Of a stretch of DNA of 64,000 bases, positions 18,802 through 28,875 are shown one piece after another. Made by a program: the position numbers and the translations under genes. Under the pieces are notes generated by a model. The model searched no databases. It saw only the letters and a list, made by a program, of their open reading frames with translations, and had not been told where the DNA came from. The DNA is from Candidatus Adlerbacteria bacterium. GTDB taxonomy: Bacteria > Patescibacteriota > Minisyncoccia > Phycocordibacterales > SBAW01. Position 1 is the first letter of the stretch; every line of letters begins with the position of its first letter. The stretch covers positions 23,102 through 87,101 of the forward strand of contig JBAXLB010000001.1 of the NCBI GenBank assembly GCA_037135035.1, given 5' to 3'.

Positions 18802-21800
18802 TTGAACACATTACTTTCACAACATGGTGAGCAAATGCTTTCAGCCCGTAAGGTAGCTGAACGTTTGGGTTGCGCCCAGGACTATGTTTCCAAGCTCTGC
18901 CGTGAAGGCAAGCTTGCGGGGAAACAAATTGACGGAGCGTGGTTTATAGAACAGGAGTCAATTTCTACATTTGAAAAAATGCGAGAGGTGGCAAAAATAG
19001 CTCGTGCAGAGGCTCTCGCAGACCAACGCCGAAAGGAAAATAAAGAATATCAAATACAGCGCGCGGGAGAATTTAAAAAACAATTTTTCGCACGGGCTGT
19101 GGGCGCGGTACGTACGGGTGTGTTTTTTGCTGCAGGGTCGGCGCTGCTTCTAGGTTCGGTTGTATTTGCGGGAGAACACGGGAAGGTAAACACTGTACAG
19201 GAAACAGCCGCACATACGCAGCAGGTAGGTACATCTGTTGCACAACATAGTGCGCTCTTTTTTGGAACGCCAACAACATCTGTTGCACTGTCTGCGGCAG
19301 TTGGGGAAACCGCTGCCGCGGCGGTCGGTAGTTTTTTCTCAAGAGTAATTTCATATTTTTTTGCTGCACCAGCAGCGCACTATGTTGTCGCACCGGAAAA
19401 CCCAACTGCATATGTTCCGCAGCAAGTTACTGAAACACAAAGTTCTGCACCGGGCCCTGGCGCGCCAGTTGCCCCGACTAAAACTGTTGTAGTCCAGCAA
19501 AATACGTACCCTGTTATCCAGCGCACGCTTGAGCGTGTCGTGTCGGTTGGTGGCATCAGTGATGCAGAACTTACGGATAGGTTGAACCAACTTAACAACA
19601 AACTACAGTCGCAAATTTCCACCATTGCAAACCCAGGGTACGGAAGCCCGCGTGGGAATTTTGATTTTTCTCAAGCAGTAAATAATCTTTCAAACGTAAC
19701 CGTACATGGAGTTAGCGGTTTAACTGATGCGGACATCCCTGACACTATTTCGCTCTCTGGGGTAACTATTGGAGGTGCCACGATTTCAAGTTTTACGGGT
19801 ACTGGGCTTTCTGTTGTAAACGGAGTGCTCACTGCGTCTGGCGGCTCGGGTTTTTCTACAACGTCTGCCGACTACTACGTCAACGCGTCTTCAACGATAC
19901 CAAAAACGTATAGCGACAATGTTTTTACTGGAGGAAATATTTTTGGTAACTCAACAACTACAAATGCCACAACAACCAATTTATACATAGCAGGTTCAGT
20001 GCGCGGCGGAGGGCTCACTACGTCGTGTATTGGCTCGGGAGACAAAATTATATGGGACGCGACAACGGGCCAATTTGGTTGCGGTACGGACGCAGGAGGT
20101 TCGGGAAGCGGAATATCGGGACTAAAAGCCCAGTATGGTACGGCCCAAACTGGTGCAACACAAACACTTGCAACGTCTACCTCTGGTACCGACTTTACTA
20201 TCACCTCGGCAGGCGACATCCATACATTTAACTTGCCATCCGCGTCGGCATCGAACCGCGGCCTTTTGACTGCGGCTGACTTTACAACGTTTAACAGTAA
20301 ACAGTCGGCACTTTCATTTGCGTACCCGCTGCTTAATTCTGCGGGAACTATTTCGCTGGCGTTTAGTACGACAACTGCAAACACATGGAGCGCGCTCCAA
20401 ACCTTTACGTCGGGCTTCCTTGCAGCTGCATCATCGACTGTAAACAATACTCTTGCTGTTACGGGTGCAACGACGCTTGGCTCGACATTGAACGTACTAG
20501 GGCAGACAACACTCGCTACGTCGCTCAGTGGCCTGCTTAAAGCAACGGCCGGAGTTGTCTCTACTGCGACTGCAGGTGTCGACTACTTAACCTCGGCAAA
20601 TGTATTTAGCTATTTGTTCCCAGGTAATGCAACGTCAACACAGCTGACATTTAACGGCGGCTTCCTCTCAACAGCATCATCAACAATCAACAGCACCTTC
20701 CATATTGGCGGTCTTTCAGACGGCGCCCTCGCAGTCTTCGGAGGCCTTGTTTCGTCAGGTGCCACAACAACTGCAGGTACGGGCCTTACCTACAGTGGCA
20801 ATGCATTTAACGTAAACAGTATTCAAAGCATTAGTAAACTTTCTAACTTGGCGTCTGCTGGTTTTGTCAAAACATCAAGCGACGGAACGCTTTCGGTAGA
20901 CACAGCGACATATCTCACGTCTGCACTTACATCGATTGGTCCGGCAGGACAAACAACAACAGGCGCTGCCGTAACCCTTGCGTCGTCAACTGCAGGAACT
21001 GACTTTACTATCACAGGTTCGGGTTCAACACTTACGTTCAACCTTCCAACTGCGTCTGCATCTAACAGAGGACTTCTCTCGAGTACTGACTGGAATACAT
21101 TTAACAACAAGGGAAATGTTGGGTATCCGTTCGCTCTCTCGGGTAATGCAACGTCAACTCTCACACAATTTAATGCAGGTCTTACTGCATTCGCTTCCTC
21201 AACTATTGGAAGCGGCACACAAAGTGGAGGTCTTACTATCTTCGGTGGTGCAACAACAACTGCGAACGCGTACTTCGGTGCGGCTATTACAGGGGCAACA
21301 ACGTTTACATTGCCGACACTTGGAACAGCGGCTGGAGCATTTCTTGCAGTAGATGCAAATGGACAGATTATTGCCACGACAACACCGAGTGGTGGTGGAG
21401 GTGGTTCGGGTACAGTAACCAACATTGCTACAATATATCCGTTGCTTGGAGGCCCTATTACAAACACCGGCACATTGTCGCTTGCGTTTGGTACTACCAC
21501 CGCAAATATTTGGGGTTCGCTGCAAACATTTTCTGCAGGGTTCCTTGCTGCAGCCTCTTCGACAGTTAACGGTACGTTTGTAGTGACCGGGCAAACAACG
21601 CTTGCGTCGTCGCTCAATGGGCCGCTGCAAGCAAACCAAGGTCTTGTGTCGGCAACAAGCAGTGTCGGTACACTGTACGGCGGTACTGGAGTTACGTCGT
21701 ATACAACGGGAGATATTTTGTATGCAGACGCTACCAACCATCTTGCAAAATTAGGGATTGGCAGCACAGGCAGTGTGTTGAAAGTTGCTGGAGGTCTGCC

Positions 21801-24800
21801 TGGATGGGGACTCGACGCAACGGGCGGCGGCTCGGGTGGAGGGAGCTGGTCTACAACGACGTCACAAGTTGCGGGTGAACTTATAAACTACTCAAACAAT
21901 TCGACTGACATTGTAACTATTGGTAACAACGCAACAACTAGTGCAGCGTTTTGGTTTGACCCGACGGCTCTTGTCGGATACATCTCAAATAAATTGGGCA
22001 TTGGTACGTCCACTCCCTCACAAGCGCTTTCAGTACAAGGCAACAGTTATGTCTCGGGAACGTCCTTCTTTGGTGGGGCAGTGACAGCAACATCGACGCT
22101 TAACGTAACGGGGCTCTCTACACTAGGCTCTTTGAATGTTACTGGCGCAACCACACTCGCCACGTCACTCACGGGCCTCCTTAAGGCGTCATCAGGTGTT
22201 GTTTCAACCGCGGCATACACCGACTTCCCAACAATTGCTGCAGGCACAATACTTGCAAACGCAACAGGCGGGACTGCAGCACCTACGGCCGTTGCAACAT
22301 CAACGTTGTTTGGTACAGGCACGGGTGGCCAAGTACTTACCTGGTCTGCAGGAGTTCCTACATGGGCTGCTACCACCACCTACAGCGCACCACTTGTCTT
22401 TTCAAACGGAAACGTAAGTTGTACGGCTGCCTCGGCCGGTGTTGCGGGCTGCCTTAGCGGTACCGATTGGAGTACATTCAACAACAAACAAGCAACAATT
22501 GCTGCGGCATGGCCTATTACACTTACGGGTGCAACAGTGGGCTTTAATGGCCTTTCAACCTCTACAGCCGCAGTTGTGGGCAACATCCCGTACTACTCAG
22601 GCGTAAACACATTCGCAAACGTTGCAACGTCTGCACCGGCAATTGGTTCGGTACTTACATACTCAGGCACATTGGGAAGCCTCGTGGGTGGTGTAGGAGG
22701 TACCTTCGGTATTGCAAACACGTCTATAACCAATGCAATGCTTGCAGGCTCCATTGCCTACAGCAAACTTGCGTTGACCGGCGCAATCTTGAACGCAGAC
22801 TTGGCAGGCAGTATTGCGTACAGCAAGCTCTCACTGACAGGTGCTATTTTGAACGCTGACCTAGCCGGAAGTATCGCTGCGTCAAAACTCGTTGGCACCG
22901 ATATAACTACTGTTGGCACAGTAACTTCGGGTACGTGGAGTGGTTCCTTTGGCACAGTATCGGGTGCAAACCTCACCAACCTCACCGCTGCAAATGTCAC
23001 GGGATCGCACACCCTCCCAGACGGGGTATTAAGCACGAATGTGCCTCTTTTGAACGCTGCAAATGCGTTTAGCAGTACGTTGAATGTTGCGGGTATCTCT
23101 ACCCTCGCAGGCGTTCTTTCAACGGCCTCATCTACCTTCACAAATTCTTTGCATATATCTTCACTTTCAGACGGAGCCCTCGCAGTCTTTGGCGGTCTCG
23201 TCTCATCAGGTGCAACTACAACTGCAGGCACTGGTCTTACATACAGTGGCAATGCATTTAACGTAAACAGCATACAAAGCATCAGCAGACTCTCGAACTT
23301 GGCAACAGCGGGCTTTGTAAAGACTGCAAGTGATGGAACGCTGTCAGTTGATACCAGTACCTACCTTACCTCGGCTGTCACCTCCGTCACCGGCACCTGG
23401 CCGATTATTTCTTCAGGCGGCAACACGCCAGCGATATCATTCGGCGGCCTCTCAACTTCCACAGCTGCAGTTGTCGGTAACATACCGTACTTCTCTGGTG
23501 CAAATACATTCGCAAATGTTGCAACTTCAGCCCCAGCTATCGGCTCCGTCGTAACATACTCAGGTACACTCGGCAGCTTTGTAGGAGGCGTAGGAGGTAC
23601 CTTCGGTATTGCAAACACGTCGATTACGAATGCGATGTTGGCAGGCTCCATTGCCTACAGCAAGTTGTCTTTGACTGGTGCAATTCTCAATGCCGATCTC
23701 GCGGGTTCGATTGCCTATAGCAAACTCTCATTAACAGGCGCAATACTTAACGCAGACTTGGCGGGCTCTATAGCTGCATCAAAATTGGTTGGTAGTGACA
23801 TTGCAACTGTAGGAACAATCGGCACTGGTGTATGGCAGGGAACTAAGATTGGTCTTGCATATGGCGGCACTAACGCAGACCTTTCTGCGACCGGTGGTGC
23901 ATCGCAAGTACTGCGCCAGTCATCATCAGGCGGTGCTATCACTGTCTCGCAACTTGCAGCGTCTGACCTTTCAAACGGTACGACTGGAAGTGGTGCAGTG
24001 GCTCTCGCAGGAAGTCCGACGTTCAGTGGCAATGCCGCATTTGGAAATGCATCGACCACACAAATAGGCTCAACAGGTAATGCGTATTTTGCGACAAGTG
24101 CAGGTAGTGTCGGTATTGGCACTACGACTCCAACCTCTGCACTTTCTGTCCAAGGTAATTCATATCATTCAGGTACTGCATTCTTTGGTGGAGCAATCAC
24201 TGCAACATCAACGCTTACTCTTTCGGCACTTTCAAACGGAGCCCTCGCAGTCTTTGGCGGTCTCGTCTCATCAGGTGCAACTACAACTGCAGGCACTGGT
24301 CTTACATACACAGGTAATGCATTTAACGTAAATACAACACAGAATGTTGCAAAACTTTCAAACCTCACAACAAACGGTTTTGTAAAAACAAGCGGCAGCG
24401 ACGGAACATTGTCTGTAGACACAAGCACGTATTTGACGAGCGCACTCACATCAATTGGCCCTACAGGACAGACAACAACAGGTCCTGCAGTAACGTTTGC
24501 ATCATCAACGACAGGTACTGACTTTACTATCACAGGATCTGGCTCAACACTAACCTTTAACCTACCAACTGCCTCGGCTTCTAACCGCGGACTTCTCTCG
24601 AGTACTGACTGGACGACCTTCAACAACAAGGGTTCAGGTACGGTCACTGCGGTTTCTGTCGCATCTGCAAACGGCTTTGCGGGCTCGTCGTCTGGTGGTG
24701 CAACGCCGGCACTTACGCTTACAACAACAGTTACAGGACTCTTGAAAGGAAACGGCACTGCAATTTCTGCAGCAGCCCTCACAGATTTCCCAGCAATTGC

Positions 24801-27003
24801 CGCAAACACGGTGCTTGCAAACAATACCTCCGGCTCTGCGGCACCGACCGCCATTGCGACGTCGTCGTTGTTCCAAAATGCGAGCGCAACACTCTCTGGC
24901 CTTTTGACATCAACCGACTGGACGACCTTTAATAACAAAGGTTCGGGCACGGTCACTTCGGTTACTGGCACCTGGCCTATCATCTCGTCAGGTGGTGCAA
25001 CACCAGCAATCTCCTTCGGTGGCCTCTCAACATCAACTGCCGCAGTCGTGGGCAATATCCCGTACTTCTCTGGAGTAAATACATTCGCAAACGTTGCAAC
25101 AACAGCACCGGCCATTGGCTCAGTGCTCACATATTCGGGAACCCTAGGAAGCCTTGTAGGCGGAGTAGGTGGTACCTTCGGTATCGCAAATACATCGATC
25201 ACCAACGCGATGCTTGCAGGCTCAATTGCCTACAGCAAGCTCTCACTGACAGGTGCTATTTTGAACGCTGACCTAGCCGGAAGTATCGCTGCGTCAAAAC
25301 TCGTTGGCACCGATATAACTACTGTTGGCACCATTACTTCCGGTACCTGGAGTGGTTCGTTTGGTGCAGTCAGCGGCGCAAACTTGACCAACCTGACCGC
25401 TGCAAATGTTACTGGTTCTCACACACTTTCGGACGGGGTACTAAGTACCAATGTGCCACTTTTGAACGTGGCAAATACATTTAGTAGTACGGGAATTACG
25501 TCCTTTGGAGGAAGTGTTGGCATTGTAACCACAAACCCGCTTGCAAAACTGGAAGTGGTAGGCTCATCGCAAGCTGCCACCGACCGCAGTACACATTTTG
25601 AGCTTTCAACCGGTACGGGTTTGCTCACAGACGAAAAACTCGTCTTTGGTGTCCACGACGGCGACTACAGCTGGATCCAAGCTGTTAAGAACGGTACCGG
25701 ATACCGCAACTTGGCACTCGAACCAGGTGGCGGCAACGTTGGTATTGGTACCACTACGCCTGCAAGTAAATTATCGATAGAGGCTGCGGTAACAGCGGGT
25801 ACAGCTCCTGGTCTGTTGCTTAGCAATACAAATGGCTCTGTCGGGTCGGGTGCGGCAATTGATTTCTATTTTGGCGCATATAACAAGAGTTCTCGTATTT
25901 ACAGTTACGCCGTCAATGCCAATCAAGGGGATCTTCGTTTCGCTACAGCTAACGGAAGCAGTTTTGCAGATGCAATGACGATTCTCGGTAGTAATCAGTA
26001 TGTCGGTATTGGCAGCACATCGCCGTCGCGTGCAATGTCTATACAGTCGGCAGTGTCGACTGCACAGATGACAGTTGCGTACGACACCAGCCGCTATACC
26101 GACTTCCTGACAAATTCGACAGGTGACTTAACTATCACCCCACAAGGTCAAGATGCTACGCTCTACGACAGCAACTTGTGGATCTGCTCAGGTGTTGCAT
26201 GCCCAACAGGCACACCAACGGGTACGGGTAACATTATTGCCGAGACAAACATCGGCATCGGTACCACCACGCCGAAGTATCGCCTTACTATAGAGTCACA
26301 AAGCACTTCGGAAGACTTGTTCCAAATTGCAACATCGTCGAACCAAAAAGTATTTATCGTCGACCGGAACGGCAGTGTGGGTATAGGTACTACCACGCCA
26401 ACACGTCAGTTCTCCATCTCCGACAGGCTCTTTGTCGGTGCCGGGGGCGTAAGCGGCATGGGTACAGCAACCTCGACCTTTATGGGTGACATAAAAATCA
26501 CCGGTAAACTCGATGTTGGTACTATCGACCCGGTCTACACAATTGACGGCGTGAAGTATGCAACCTACGGTCACTCAACTGTTGGTATTAAAGAAGAGGC
26601 TGTCGAGGTGCTTGAAGTGACAAACAAAAACCCAAAGACCGGCAAATTTGAGATAAAGATTTCGTTTAAAGATCTCGACAAGGGTTCGGACCTCTGGCTC
26701 TTCTACCAAGTGACAGACTTCGGTACCAACTGGAAGAATTTGGTCATTAACCTCACGGCATCGTTTGACGGTAGTGTCTTCTACACCAAAGTACCAAACG
26801 AAGCAGCGGTTATAATCTCTACCTCGCAACCAGGGGAAGTGTCCGCTCGGTTTATTGCAAACCGCTACGACTCGAGCAAGTGGCCAAACATCCGCCCAGA
26901 CCAAAGTGGTCCGTATAAGGGCCATGAGCTTGAGACAAGTGCAGGGCAAGGTATGCCGCTGGGCACAGAGCCGATAAGCTCTGCGCTCGACGCAGCGCTT
27001 TAG
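18802..27003 (+). CDS. Giant (2733 aa) cell-surface fibre/adhesin-like protein. It has an N-terminal excisionase-like HTH module, a single TM helix and a large T/S/G/A/N-rich repetitive ectodomain with tail-fibre-like 'VGIGTTxP' motifs.
   Basis: One uninterrupted 8.2-kb ORF. TM segment 'GVFFAAGSALLLGSVVFAG' at ~aa 100. Three families of long internal repeats. C-terminal repeats 'GNVGIGTTTPASKL', 'GSVGIGTTTPTRQF' and others typical of phage tail-fibre/tailspike-like beta-structures. Confidence 0.85.
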   Translation: MNTLLSQHGEQMLSARKVAERLGCAQDYVSKLCREGKLAGKQIDGAWFIEQESISTFEKMREVAKIARAEALADQRRKENKEYQIQRAGEFKKQFFARAVGAVRTGVFFAAGSALLLGSVVFAGEHGKVNTVQETAAHTQQVGTSVAQHSALFFGTPTTSVALSAAVGETAAAAVGSFFSRVISYFFAAPAAHYVVAPENPTAYVPQQVTETQSSAPGPGAPVAPTKTVVVQQNTYPVIQRTLERVVSVGGISDAELTDRLNQLNNKLQSQISTIANPGYGSPRGNFDFSQAVNNLSNVTVHGVSGLTDADIPDTISLSGVTIGGATISSFTGTGLSVVNGVLTASGGSGFSTTSADYYVNASSTIPKTYSDNVFTGGNIFGNSTTTNATTTNLYIAGSVRGGGLTTSCIGSGDKIIWDATTGQFGCGTDAGGSGSGISGLKAQYGTAQTGATQTLATSTSGTDFTITSAGDIHTFNLPSASASNRGLLTAADFTTFNSKQSALSFAYPLLNSAGTISLAFSTTTANTWSALQTFTSGFLAAASSTVNNTLAVTGATTLGSTLNVLGQTTLATSLSGLLKATAGVVSTATAGVDYLTSANVFSYLFPGNATSTQLTFNGGFLSTASSTINSTFHIGGLSDGALAVFGGLVSSGATTTAGTGLTYSGNAFNVNSIQSISKLSNLASAGFVKTSSDGTLSVDTATYLTSALTSIGPAGQTTTGAAVTLASSTAGTDFTITGSGSTLTFNLPTASASNRGLLSSTDWNTFNNKGNVGYPFALSGNATSTLTQFNAGLTAFASSTIGSGTQSGGLTIFGGATTTANAYFGAAITGATTFTLPTLGTAAGAFLAVDANGQIIATTTPSGGGGGSGTVTNIATIYPLLGGPITNTGTLSLAFGTTTANIWGSLQTFSAGFLAAASSTVNGTFVVTGQTTLASSLNGPLQANQGLVSATSSVGTLYGGTGVTSYTTGDILYADATNHLAKLGIGSTGSVLKVAGGLPGWGLDATGGGSGGGSWSTTTSQVAGELINYSNNSTDIVTIGNNATTSAAFWFDPTALVGYISNKLGIGTSTPSQALSVQGNSYVSGTSFFGGAVTATSTLNVTGLSTLGSLNVTGATTLATSLTGLLKASSGVVSTAAYTDFPTIAAGTILANATGGTAAPTAVATSTLFGTGTGGQVLTWSAGVPTWAATTTYSAPLVFSNGNVSCTAASAGVAGCLSGTDWSTFNNKQATIAAAWPITLTGATVGFNGLSTSTAAVVGNIPYYSGVNTFANVATSAPAIGSVLTYSGTLGSLVGGVGGTFGIANTSITNAMLAGSIAYSKLALTGAILNADLAGSIAYSKLSLTGAILNADLAGSIAASKLVGTDITTVGTVTSGTWSGSFGTVSGANLTNLTAANVTGSHTLPDGVLSTNVPLLNAANAFSSTLNVAGISTLAGVLSTASSTFTNSLHISSLSDGALAVFGGLVSSGATTTAGTGLTYSGNAFNVNSIQSISRLSNLATAGFVKTASDGTLSVDTSTYLTSAVTSVTGTWPIISSGGNTPAISFGGLSTSTAAVVGNIPYFSGANTFANVATSAPAIGSVVTYSGTLGSFVGGVGGTFGIANTSITNAMLAGSIAYSKLSLTGAILNADLAGSIAYSKLSLTGAILNADLAGSIAASKLVGSDIATVGTIGTGVWQGTKIGLAYGGTNADLSATGGASQVLRQSSSGGAITVSQLAASDLSNGTTGSGAVALAGSPTFSGNAAFGNASTTQIGSTGNAYFATSAGSVGIGTTTPTSALSVQGNSYHSGTAFFGGAITATSTLTLSALSNGALAVFGGLVSSGATTTAGTGLTYTGNAFNVNTTQNVAKLSNLTTNGFVKTSGSDGTLSVDTSTYLTSALTSIGPTGQTTTGPAVTFASSTTGTDFTITGSGSTLTFNLPTASASNRGLLSSTDWTTFNNKGSGTVTAVSVASANGFAGSSSGGATPALTLTTTVTGLLKGNGTAISAAALTDFPAIAANTVLANNTSGSAAPTAIATSSLFQNASATLSGLLTSTDWTTFNNKGSGTVTSVTGTWPIISSGGATPAISFGGLSTSTAAVVGNIPYFSGVNTFANVATTAPAIGSVLTYSGTLGSLVGGVGGTFGIANTSITNAMLAGSIAYSKLSLTGAILNADLAGSIAASKLVGTDITTVGTITSGTWSGSFGAVSGANLTNLTAANVTGSHTLSDGVLSTNVPLLNVANTFSSTGITSFGGSVGIVTTNPLAKLEVVGSSQAATDRSTHFELSTGTGLLTDEKLVFGVHDGDYSWIQAVKNGTGYRNLALEPGGGNVGIGTTTPASKLSIEAAVTAGTAPGLLLSNTNGSVGSGAAIDFYFGAYNKSSRIYSYAVNANQGDLRFATANGSSFADAMTILGSNQYVGIGSTSPSRAMSIQSAVSTAQMTVAYDTSRYTDFLTNSTGDLTITPQGQDATLYDSNLWICSGVACPTGTPTGTGNIIAETNIGIGTTTPKYRLTIESQSTSEDLFQIATSSNQKVFIVDRNGSVGIGTTTPTRQFSISDRLFVGAGGVSGMGTATSTFMGDIKITGKLDVGTIDPVYTIDGVKYATYGHSTVGIKEEAVEVLEVTNKNPKTGKFEIKISFKDLDKGSDLWLFYQVTDFGTNWKNLVINLTASFDGSVFYTKVPNEAAVIISTSQPGEVSARFIANRYDSSKWPNIRPDQSGPYKGHELETSAGQGMPLGTEPISSALDAAL

Positions 27004-27016
27004 AAATAGGTACCTT

Positions 27017-27919
27017 TTATTTCGCTGCTTTTGGATTGTTCTTAAAAAAGTCCCAGGCTCGGTCGGTAGCGGCTGCAGTGTATGTGTGCGCGAGCCCTGT
27101 AATATATATGCCGCGTACTTCAGTGCTACTAGCACACGACACAAAAGTTTCTGTCCGTACGCCTTGATCGTTGCGTTGCTCGGCAGGGGTAGGACAATGT
27201 TCAAACGCTGCCCATAGTGCAACAGGATTTTTTGCAGGAATAGGTTCTTGCCGAGTTTTTGCTTGCGGCATTGGGTCGGATGTCCCAACGATAGAAAGGA
27301 GAGATATCGGGTTTTGTGGGGCAGGGAAGGATGTATACAAAAGGCCTGCAACAGGTGCTATGGCTGCGAGTGTGTCCGAGAGCTCACTCCCTAAACGGTA
27401 GGCAAATGTAGCGCCGTTTGAAAAACCAGTGGCAAATATGTGTTCCCGATTAACGTTGTTACTAAAAGTAATATCGCCGAGTATTGCACGTACATAGGCA
27501 ATGTCGTCCACACCGTCGTGCGTAATAGGGGGAATGTTTGCACCCACATGCCACAGGCGGATATTACGCGCTGGGTCGCCCAGCGTGAGGTTGAGAGGCT
27601 TCCTAGGGTCTTCCAGCGTGCCTTGTGCAAACACTACAATAAAGCCTTCGCGCTGTGCTTTTTCCTTCCAGCCCGAATACTGCGCCATCAGTTCAGCAGA
27701 GCCAAGTGGCCCGCCGCCGCCATGGAACACTAGTACCACGGGGAGAGATGAACTTGTGTGTTGTGGTGCGTAGATTAAATATTCACGCTCAAGATTTTGA
27801 ACGTGTATAGAAACAGTACGAAGTGTGTACGAGTTTGAGAACAGAAAAAAATATAGTGCGCATGCACTACTTGCGAGGAGTACTGCGGCAGAAATAAAAA
27901 TAATGTGTGTTCGTGTCAT
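27017..27919 (-). CDS. Secreted alpha/beta-hydrolase, PHB-depolymerase/feruloyl-esterase-like (LpqC family)
   Basis: Signal anchor, 'VVLVFHGGGG' oxyanion region and 'ATGFSNGA' nucleophile elbow (GxSxG). Confidence 0.65.
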   Translation of the reverse strand: MTRTHIIFISAAVLLASSACALYFFLFSNSYTLRTVSIHVQNLEREYLIYAPQHTSSSLPVVLVFHGGGGPLGSAELMAQYSGWKEKAQREGFIVVFAQGTLEDPRKPLNLTLGDPARNIRLWHVGANIPPITHDGVDDIAYVRAILGDITFSNNVNREHIFATGFSNGATFAYRLGSELSDTLAAIAPVAGLLYTSFPAPQNPISLLSIVGTSDPMPQAKTRQEPIPAKNPVALWAAFEHCPTPAEQRNDQGVRTETFVSCASSTEVRGIYITGLAHTYTAAATDRAWDFFKNNPKAAK

Positions 27920-28875
27920 CGCAGAATTTTTTTAAACATCACATCAAGCACCGGCAGGCTGCACAGAAATTCTTTTACAGAAGTTTTTGCAGGTGCAAAA
28001 GGCGACGCGAGTAGTAGCAGTGACCACAAAAATATATGGGACACAAACCCAATGTTTATCACTAAGTAATTACCTACATGGAAGAGTATAAGCAGTAGTC
28101 CCCAGGTGCGATGCAGCTTTGGGCGAAATGCGACAAAAAAAGAAAAAAGTAATAAGTAGAGGGTAAAAAGGTACCACGGGTATATAAGCAGGTAGTGTTC
28201 GACTGCCCAAGGCCCAAGCGCCGTGTGCACACCCGTAAGCAGCTGCCGGTCGGCGATTTGGAGCGCTGCCGAATGGAGCCCGAAAAAGTTTGACTGCCCG
28301 GCTACTATCTGTGCCGCGGCACCATAGAGTTTGCCGAGCCCGCCCATTGTGTAGGTAAGCAGGTTTTCCACCTGGACAGCAAAAAAAACGAGTAAAAATT
28401 TCATCCGTACAACAACAGGTGCGTCAGTTTTTTCGTATCCGTATGGCAAAAAAATAAATAAAAACGATGTGAGCAGCAACCCATATCCGTCTACGTCGAG
28501 CTGCAGTATCGATATATAAAGCGCGCAAAATTCAAACAACGCCAGGAACGAAAGTATGCGCGCAAGACGCCAGTGGGGCTTCCACGCAGCAAGTATGCTG
28601 GTGGTGATAAAAAATACTCGCACGCACGCATATGCTGTGGCGAAGCCGATAAGAGGGAACCAGCGTATAGGCCAGGGTGTTTCTATTTGGGTCTGCGCGC
28701 CAAATGATGTGTCCCAGGTAAAAAGTGCAACAGAAATAAAGAGCAGGAAAAAATAATACATCTGCACTACCGTGCGTGCAGAAAAAAACACCTGCATGTC
28801 TGCGGCATAGTGTTCAAGACGTCGGAGGGGCGAGTCTTTAAAAATATATTCGCGTAGTTGAACTAGATATTTCAT
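27916..28875 (-). CDS. Polytopic membrane protein, HTTM-like (vitamin-K-dependent gamma-carboxylase-related fold)
   Basis: Eight or more hydrophobic segments across 319 aa. The HTTM assignment is tentative. Confidence 0.3.
   Translation of the reverse strand: MKYLVQLREYIFKDSPLRRLEHYAADMQVFFSARTVVQMYYFFLLFISVALFTWDTSFGAQTQIETPWPIRWFPLIGFATAYACVRVFFITTSILAAWKPHWRLARILSFLALFEFCALYISILQLDVDGYGLLLTSFLFIFLPYGYEKTDAPVVVRMKFLLVFFAVQVENLLTYTMGGLGKLYGAAAQIVAGQSNFFGLHSAALQIADRQLLTGVHTALGPWAVEHYLLIYPWYLFTLYLLLFSFFVAFRPKLHRTWGLLLILFHVGNYLVINIGFVSHIFLWSLLLLASPFAPAKTSVKEFLCSLPVLDVMFKKILR

Noticed and set aside
19875-25205. Long minus-strand ORFs (e.g. 19875-20447, 20823-21767, 24165-25205, 22758-23282) inside the giant gene
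   Set aside because: They lie antisense to an 8.2-kb ORF with strongly biased, repetitive codon usage (GCx/ACx/GGx-rich). Their translations are low-complexity P/V/A-rich with no motifs. They are a by-product of the repeat composition.
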